Origin: Clostridia bacterium
GTDB lineage: Bacteria > Bacillota > Clostridia > UMGS1883
NCBI GenBank assembly: GCA_051866635.1
Contig: JBJDXJ010000038.1
Span: forward strand, 96,001-160,000
DNA length: 64,000 bases
Reading direction: 5' to 3'
The position numbers and the translations under genes were made by a program. The stretch's first letter is position 1. Every line of letters starts with the position of its first letter. The notes under the pieces are model-generated. The model searched no databases. It had not been told where the DNA came from and was given only the letters and a program-made list of their open reading frames with translations. Shown piece after piece: positions 59,144-64,000 of the stretch.

Positions 59144-60331
59144 GTGAAACATACAAAAAACATTGCAAAAGATATTTTCAAAGTTATTAAGAATACAGAT
59201 ACAAAAGTAGTTTCAGTAGTAGTTGCTCTTGCAATTCTCCTTAGTTCAGCGGGAATTGTTACAAATTATTATACAGTAGGCTATAATGTTTACTACGGCG
59301 AAACAAATGTGGGAACTATTTTGTCCAAGGATGATGCATTAAAGGTTTATGACGAAGTCAACAGCGATATTGAACATCGTAAAGGCAGAGGGTTGTCTGA
59401 CGAGCTTAGCTTTGTTTTGACAATTGCACCTGCATCAGACGTAACAGGAACAGACATTTACCGTAACATTGTTATTGCGGAAGATGGCGAAAACAAATGT
59501 TACAGCTTGAGTGCGGGATCTGTTACAATTGCAAAGCTTAAAACACGTGAAGAAGCACAAGAAGCTATAGCACAGTATGTTGACAGCTTTGAACGTGAAG
59601 ATGCTGAAATTTACAGCGAATATACCATTTCTCCCGATGTGGATATCGTTACTGCACTGTCGAGCGTTGAAGAAACAGTTGATGCACTTAAGGAATGTGG
59701 TCTTGTTAAGGTTTCCTACAGTGATGTGTTTGAAGAAGAAATAAGTGTTGAATTTGAAGAAATTATTGAAGAAACAGATACTTTGCCCAAAGGCTTGGAA
59801 TATTGTAAGCAGGAAGGTATAGAGGGTGTTGCGGTAAAAAGATATATCACCTTTTATGAAAACGGAAAGCAGAAGCATGACATTGCACCTGTAATTGAAA
59901 TTATAGAGGAACCTGTTGACTGTATTGTATATGTGGGTACAGGTGAAGGCGGCATTAAAAAGAATTCTATTCCCTGGCCTTGCGAAGGCACATTTACATC
60001 TAAATTCGGCAAAAGATGGGGCAGAAACCATAACGGTATTGATATTGCCGCATCTATAGGGACAGCCGTATATGCTCCTGCGGCAGGTGTTGTAACATTT
60101 TCTTCAACAAAGAACGGTTACGGTAACTATATAATTATTGACCACGGTAACGGCTTTGAAACAACATATGCACATCTTGATTCCCGTGGGGTGGAAGAAG
60201 GGGATATTGTTACGTCAGGTGACTATATCGGTGCTGTAGGCGTAACGGGCAACGTGACAGGTTCTCACCTTCATTTTGAAGTTTTATATAACGGAAATTT
60301 CGTTGACCCAATGAACTATATTGCAGGTTGA
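59144..60331 (+). CDS. M23 metallopeptidase with N-terminal TM and G5-like domain
   Basis: HNGIDIA, GYGNY, T.YAHL, TGSHLHFEV; QEG..G and EPV...V.VGT G5 pattern. Confidence 0.88.
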   Translation: MKHTKNIAKDIFKVIKNTDTKVVSVVVALAILLSSAGIVTNYYTVGYNVYYGETNVGTILSKDDALKVYDEVNSDIEHRKGRGLSDELSFVLTIAPASDVTGTDIYRNIVIAEDGENKCYSLSAGSVTIAKLKTREEAQEAIAQYVDSFEREDAEIYSEYTISPDVDIVTALSSVEETVDALKECGLVKVSYSDVFEEEISVEFEEIIEETDTLPKGLEYCKQEGIEGVAVKRYITFYENGKQKHDIAPVIEIIEEPVDCIVYVGTGEGGIKKNSIPWPCEGTFTSKFGKRWGRNHNGIDIAASIGTAVYAPAAGVVTFSSTKNGYGNYIIIDHGNGFETTYAHLDSRGVEEGDIVTSGDYIGAVGVTGNVTGSHLHFEVLYNGNFVDPMNYIAG

Positions 60332-60356
60332 CAAAACAGGTTACGGATTATATAAT
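60328..60356 (+). promoter_or_regulatory. Consensus sigma-A promoter overlapping the M23 stop codon
   Basis: TTGACA-17-TATAAT. Confidence 0.8.
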
Positions 60357-60358
60357 AG

Positions 60359-60390
60359 AGGTTGCAGGTATTCTGCAACCTTTTTGTTTT
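60359..60390 (+). terminator. Intrinsic terminator after the M23 gene
   Basis: aggttgcag-gtatt-ctgcaacct followed by ttttgtttt. Confidence 0.75.
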
Positions 60391-60404
60391 CAGAGGTGGG
60401 GTTT

Positions 60405-60821
60405 ATGGATAAAATCAGGCGGTTTATATATTTGCCGGTTATATATCACAGTGCCGTTTTTCTGGCAATGATAGTGGTCCTGGCAATGAAAATTAATGTT
60501 TCCTTGTTGGTTTTGTTGGATTGGTGCGGCGTTTTGTTATCACCCATACTTCTTGCCATATTATCCGTAGCACATGCGATTGTCCATGAAGGTAAGGTTT
60601 TTGATTATCTTAAGGACTGTGTTATCTCTCTTTGTGCAGTAAGCATTGTAAGAGTTGTTTTGTATTCTGTATTTTCATTGGGTATTTTGCCTGTTGCGGC
60701 AATGTGTGCACTTATTAGCTTTGGCGTGTTCTTTATATGGGATTGTGTTTTTGCTTTGACAGATAAAATTATGAAGAAAAAGCCACTTCAAAGAAATATG
60801 TACAAAAAGAATAAAAAATGA
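60405..60821 (+). CDS. Hypothetical 4-TM membrane protein
   Basis: RBS gaggtg then ATG 60405; four hydrophobic segments, basic tail. Confidence 0.7.
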   Translation: MDKIRRFIYLPVIYHSAVFLAMIVVLAMKINVSLLVLLDWCGVLLSPILLAILSVAHAIVHEGKVFDYLKDCVISLCAVSIVRVVLYSVFSLGILPVAAMCALISFGVFFIWDCVFALTDKIMKKKPLQRNMYKKNKK

Positions 60822-60822
60822 T

Positions 60823-60857
60823 ACACAAAGTCTTCTCCTTAAGAGAAGATTTTGTGT
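60823..60857 (+). terminator. Hairpin terminator
   Basis: acacaaagtcttctc-cttaa-gagaagattttgtgt. Confidence 0.6.
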
Positions 60858-60870
60858 GTTGAGAAAAATA

Positions 60871-60899
60871 TTGAAATAGACACCAATATGTGTTATAAT
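60871..60899 (+). promoter_or_regulatory. Sigma-A promoter of cysK
   Basis: TTGAAA-17-TATAAT with TG extension. Confidence 0.65.
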
Positions 60900-60973
60900 T
60901 TTTTCACTAAAAGTACAATTTGTAGAAAACGTAGTATAATGTTATTGCAAATTGTAAAAAGGATTGGTAATGT

Positions 60974-61900
60974 ATGATTTGTAATAATATTTTGGAAGCT
61001 ATGGGGAATACCCCCATAATAAGACTTAACCATCTCACTGACGAAAACTCTGCCGAAATTCTGGTGAAGTTCGAGGGCTTGAATGTGGGTGGCTCCATTA
61101 AAACAAGAACGGCTTTTAACATGATAAAAAAAGCTGAAGAAGATGGCAAAATTAATAAAAATACAATTATCGTTGAGCCTACAAGCGGTAATCAGGGCAT
61201 AGGACTTGCCTTGGTTGGTGCAGTGCGTGGGTATAAGACTAAAATAATTATGCCTGACAGTGTCAGCGAAGAAAGAAGAAAGTTAGTAGAGCATTACGGT
61301 GCAGAAGTAATACTCATTCATGATGCAGGCAATATCGGCGAATGTATTGAAGAATGTTTGCAGACTGCTCTTAAAATGCAGAGGGAGGATGAAAACGTGT
61401 TTGTCCCTCAGCAATTTGAAAACCCTGCAAATCCTGCCGTTCAGCGTTCTGTTACAGGATGGGAAATCCTTTCACAAGTGGCAAAGCCTATCCACGGCTT
61501 CTGCTCAGGTATTGGAACTGGCGGCACAATAACAGGTATCGGTGAAGCCTTGAAAAAGGAAAACCCCGATATCGAAATTTGGGCGGTAGAGCCTGAACAT
61601 GCGGCGATACTTTCAGGCGGCTCAATAGGCACTCATTTGCAGATGGGCATTGGTGACGGGCTTATACCCGATATTTTGAACCGTGAAATCTATGACGACA
61701 TCTGCATTGTAAAAGATGATGAAGCTATTTTGACTGCGAAACTTCTTGCATCTAAAGAAGGCATCATGTGCGGTATATCTTCAGGCACAAATGTTGCCGC
61801 CGCCATAAAAATGGCTAAAAAGTTAGGTCGGGGTAAAACTGTTGTAACGGTGCTTCCTGACACTGCGGAGAGATATTTCTCAACACCTTTGTTTGAATAA
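60974..61900 (+). CDS. cysK: Cysteine synthase family PLP enzyme
   Basis: GNTP, GGSIKTR, EPTSGNQG, GTGGT, GISSG, PDTAERY. Confidence 0.85.
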   Translation: MICNNILEAMGNTPIIRLNHLTDENSAEILVKFEGLNVGGSIKTRTAFNMIKKAEEDGKINKNTIIVEPTSGNQGIGLALVGAVRGYKTKIIMPDSVSEERRKLVEHYGAEVILIHDAGNIGECIEECLQTALKMQREDENVFVPQQFENPANPAVQRSVTGWEILSQVAKPIHGFCSGIGTGGTITGIGEALKKENPDIEIWAVEPEHAAILSGGSIGTHLQMGIGDGLIPDILNREIYDDICIVKDDEAILTAKLLASKEGIMCGISSGTNVAAAIKMAKKLGRGKTVVTVLPDTAERYFSTPLFE

Positions 61901-61945
61901 CGCATTATGCGTATTAATAAAATTATTACATCGGAGGAAATGGAA

Positions 61946-62932
61946 ATGGATTGGAATTCAAATGTAAGACCTGAAACAATGGAAAGGATTACAACTAAGG
62001 AACAGGCTGATGCTTATATTAATGAGCTTGTTGAGTTTACCCGTAAACAGGTAGGCGACAAAAAGGTGCTTTTGGCTCTTTCAGGCGGCGTTGACTCATC
62101 TGTTGTTGCCGCACTTTTGATTAAGGCTATAGGCAAACAGCTTGTATGCGTTCATGTAAACCATGGACTTATGCGTAAGGGCGAAAGTGAACAGGTTATT
62201 GAAGTGTTCAAGCATCAGATGGACGCAAACCTTATTTATATTGATGCAACAGACCGCTTCTTGGATAAACTTGCAGGCGTTGCCGAACCTGAAAAGAAAA
62301 GAAAGATTATCGGCGGCGAATTTATCGAAGTGTTTAACGAAGAAGCTAAGAAGCTTGAGGGTATCAAGTTCCTTGCACAGGGTACAATTTACCCCGATAT
62401 TTTGGAATCTGACGGCGTAAAGGCACACCACAATGTGGGCGGTCTTCCCGAAGAAATGGAACTTGGTCTTGTTGAACCTGTTAAGCTTCTCTTTAAGGAT
62501 GAAGTAAGGGTTGTGGGAAGTGCTTTGGGTCTTCCTAATGAAATGGTTTACCGTCAGCCATTCCCCGGTCCCGGTTTGGGCGTAAGATGCTTGGGTGCTA
62601 TTACACGTGACAGACTTCATGCCCTCAGGGAAGCTGATGCAATACTCCGCGAAGAATTTGCAAAGAACGGCTTAGAAGGTAAAGTTTGGCAGTACTTTAT
62701 ATCCGTGCCCGATATGAAGAGCGTGGGCGTAAAGGAAGGCAAGCGTTACGAGGGCTGGGCGGCAATTATCCGTGCAGTCAATACTGTTGACGCAATGACT
62801 GCCACAGTTCCCGAAATTGACTGGGCACTTTTAAAGCATATTACAGACAGAATACTTTCCGAAGTTGAAGGTATTAACCGTGTACTTTACGATTTGTCAC
62901 CTAAGCCTGTGGCAACAATCGAGTGGGAATAA
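61946..62932 (+). CDS. guaA: GMP synthase ATP-pyrophosphatase plus dimerisation domains only (no GATase domain)
   Basis: RBS ggagg at 61933; LSGGVDSS, QGTIYPD, HHNVGG, PFPGPGLG, KPVATIEWE. Confidence 0.9.
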   Translation: MDWNSNVRPETMERITTKEQADAYINELVEFTRKQVGDKKVLLALSGGVDSSVVAALLIKAIGKQLVCVHVNHGLMRKGESEQVIEVFKHQMDANLIYIDATDRFLDKLAGVAEPEKKRKIIGGEFIEVFNEEAKKLEGIKFLAQGTIYPDILESDGVKAHHNVGGLPEEMELGLVEPVKLLFKDEVRVVGSALGLPNEMVYRQPFPGPGLGVRCLGAITRDRLHALREADAILREEFAKNGLEGKVWQYFISVPDMKSVGVKEGKRYEGWAAIIRAVNTVDAMTATVPEIDWALLKHITDRILSEVEGINRVLYDLSPKPVATIEWE

Positions 62933-62946
62933 TATAATGTGGTTTT

Positions 62947-62985
62947 AAAGTGGTTTGAAATCAAGTGATTTCAAACCACTTTTTT
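62947..62985 (+). terminator. Intrinsic terminator after guaA
   Basis: aaagtggtttgaaatca-ag-tgatttcaaaccacttt plus T tract. Confidence 0.8.
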
Positions 62986-63209
62986 GCGTCAACTATAAAA
63001 CAAATCACATCAAAAACAGAGGAAATACTAAGAATGAAATTGAGAAAATCAACAAAGCACTGCATGAGCTGCGGAGTGCTGTGAAAACCTGTAACAATAT
63101 TTTTAAGGATGCCGAGCGTATCAGAGAACATACAAACTATGTTTCTCGACTTGAGCAAGAGGCAAAGGAACAAAACAAAAGTAAAAATAAAAATTATATT
63201 ATTCGATAG
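62986..63209 (+). pseudogene. Start-less gene remnant, possibly a relaxase/mobilisation protein C-terminus
   Basis: No RBS or credible start (the called start lies inside the terminator); coiled-coil-like EIEKINKALHELRSAVKTC, basic tail. Confidence 0.3.
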
Positions 63210-63222
63210 AATGGAGGAACTT

Positions 63223-63778
63223 ATGAAAACGATAAAATCAATTATTATTTTAATTATGGTAATGATATTTACAACAACTACATATGCAGCAGAGGTGCCG
63301 AGAGAGTCGGCATCCTGCTATACTACAAATGACAGTATTACCGTGGCAGAAAACCTTATAGGCGATATTTTGACTGAAGTACAAAATGGTTTAGGCTACG
63401 CCGATGCAAGAGCAAGTCGAATGTGATTTCAATGCATGGCTTAACGGACAGACTTGCGATTTTAGTTATGGAGAGCTTGTTAATATAGCAAATAATGCGA
63501 TATGGCAATATCGAGATATGTATTTGCGACCTGATTTTTATGCAAATAATCTTGAAAAGGTAAGAGTTATTATTGCTCCTGTAATTGAAGATTATAAATC
63601 CGGCAAAAGCACTTATGCAGAAGCAGAATTCAATGCACAAACAAAGATTTATCAATCCGTAAAGTCTGATTTCAATCCCGATGTAGAATATATGAAAGAT
63701 CCTCTTTCGAGGGATATTCCGTCAGTTGATAATAGCTTGTTTATACTTGCAAGAAAGCTGATTTTAGAAAACAAATAA
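63223..63778 (+). pseudogene. Frameshifted secreted hypothetical protein
   Basis: RBS ggagg plus signal peptide MKTIKSIII..YA; frame stops at 63426, coding-like sequence continues in the +1 frame (FNAWLNGQ...RKLILENK*). Confidence 0.65.
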
Positions 63779-63784
63779 CTTTTG

Positions 63785-63816
63785 GTGCGGTAGTGGGTGT
63801 GTTTCCACTATCGCAC
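63785..63816 (+). terminator. Hairpin after the pseudogene
   Basis: gtgcggtagtgg...ccactatcgcac; weak U-tract. Confidence 0.45.
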
Positions 63817-63918
63817 TAATAAATCTTTGTATAAAACGTAGAAAAGTTAAAAATAGTATTGCTTTTATTCGAGTTTTAGAATATAATATAATTTGTAATA
63901 GACAAGGAGTGTAGAAAT

Positions 63919-64000
63919 ATGGAAGTTATGTCTGCAAGAGAAGCTGCTGATAAGTGGGGCATATCCCAAAGACGTGTAGCGGTCCTCTGTTCTGAAAATA
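63919..64000 (+). CDS. HTH DNA-binding protein N-terminus (3'-truncated by window)
   Basis: RBS aaggag; MEVMSAREAADKWGISQRRVAVLCSEN, excisionase-like HTH pattern. Confidence 0.75.
   Translation, partial: MEVMSAREAADKWGISQRRVAVLCSEN

Overview
AT-rich chromosomal window from a Clostridia-type Firmicute, probably a gut or rumen anaerobe (inferred from gene content). Most of it is core genome: pyrH-frr-uppS-cdsA-dxr-rseP-nusB-xseAB-ispA-prfA-hprK-murB-rapZ-whiA-dnaE; a complete his operon led by a YerC/TrpR-like regulator and containing a HisZ-HisG fusion; murA-walJ-rlmH; an orphan type IIA topoisomerase A subunit; cysK; and a GMP synthase lacking its GATase domain. Accessory genes are a HipBA toxin-antitoxin pair, hydG, a GH2 hydrolase, LysM and M23 cell-wall proteins, a Ser/Thr-repeat lipoprotein and the start of a probable island at the guaA 3' end. 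Four signals stand out. (1) Two paralogous giant surface proteins (<1-1555 and 43451-49231) become homologous abruptly at an Asp-Pro DPxGY motif and carry unrelated segments just upstream of it, one very Cys-rich, which suggests a polymorphic, possibly self-cleaving payload system. (2) Both genes are followed by the same IS256-like 20-bp motif. (3) A structured GATATA/CATATC repeat element sits directly upstream of an unannotated, truncated four-helix-bundle gene. (4) The topoisomerase A subunit ends in a canonical sliding-clamp-binding motif, QLTLF. No rRNA, tRNA or CRISPR array was seen. All family calls are from motif recognition, not database searches.
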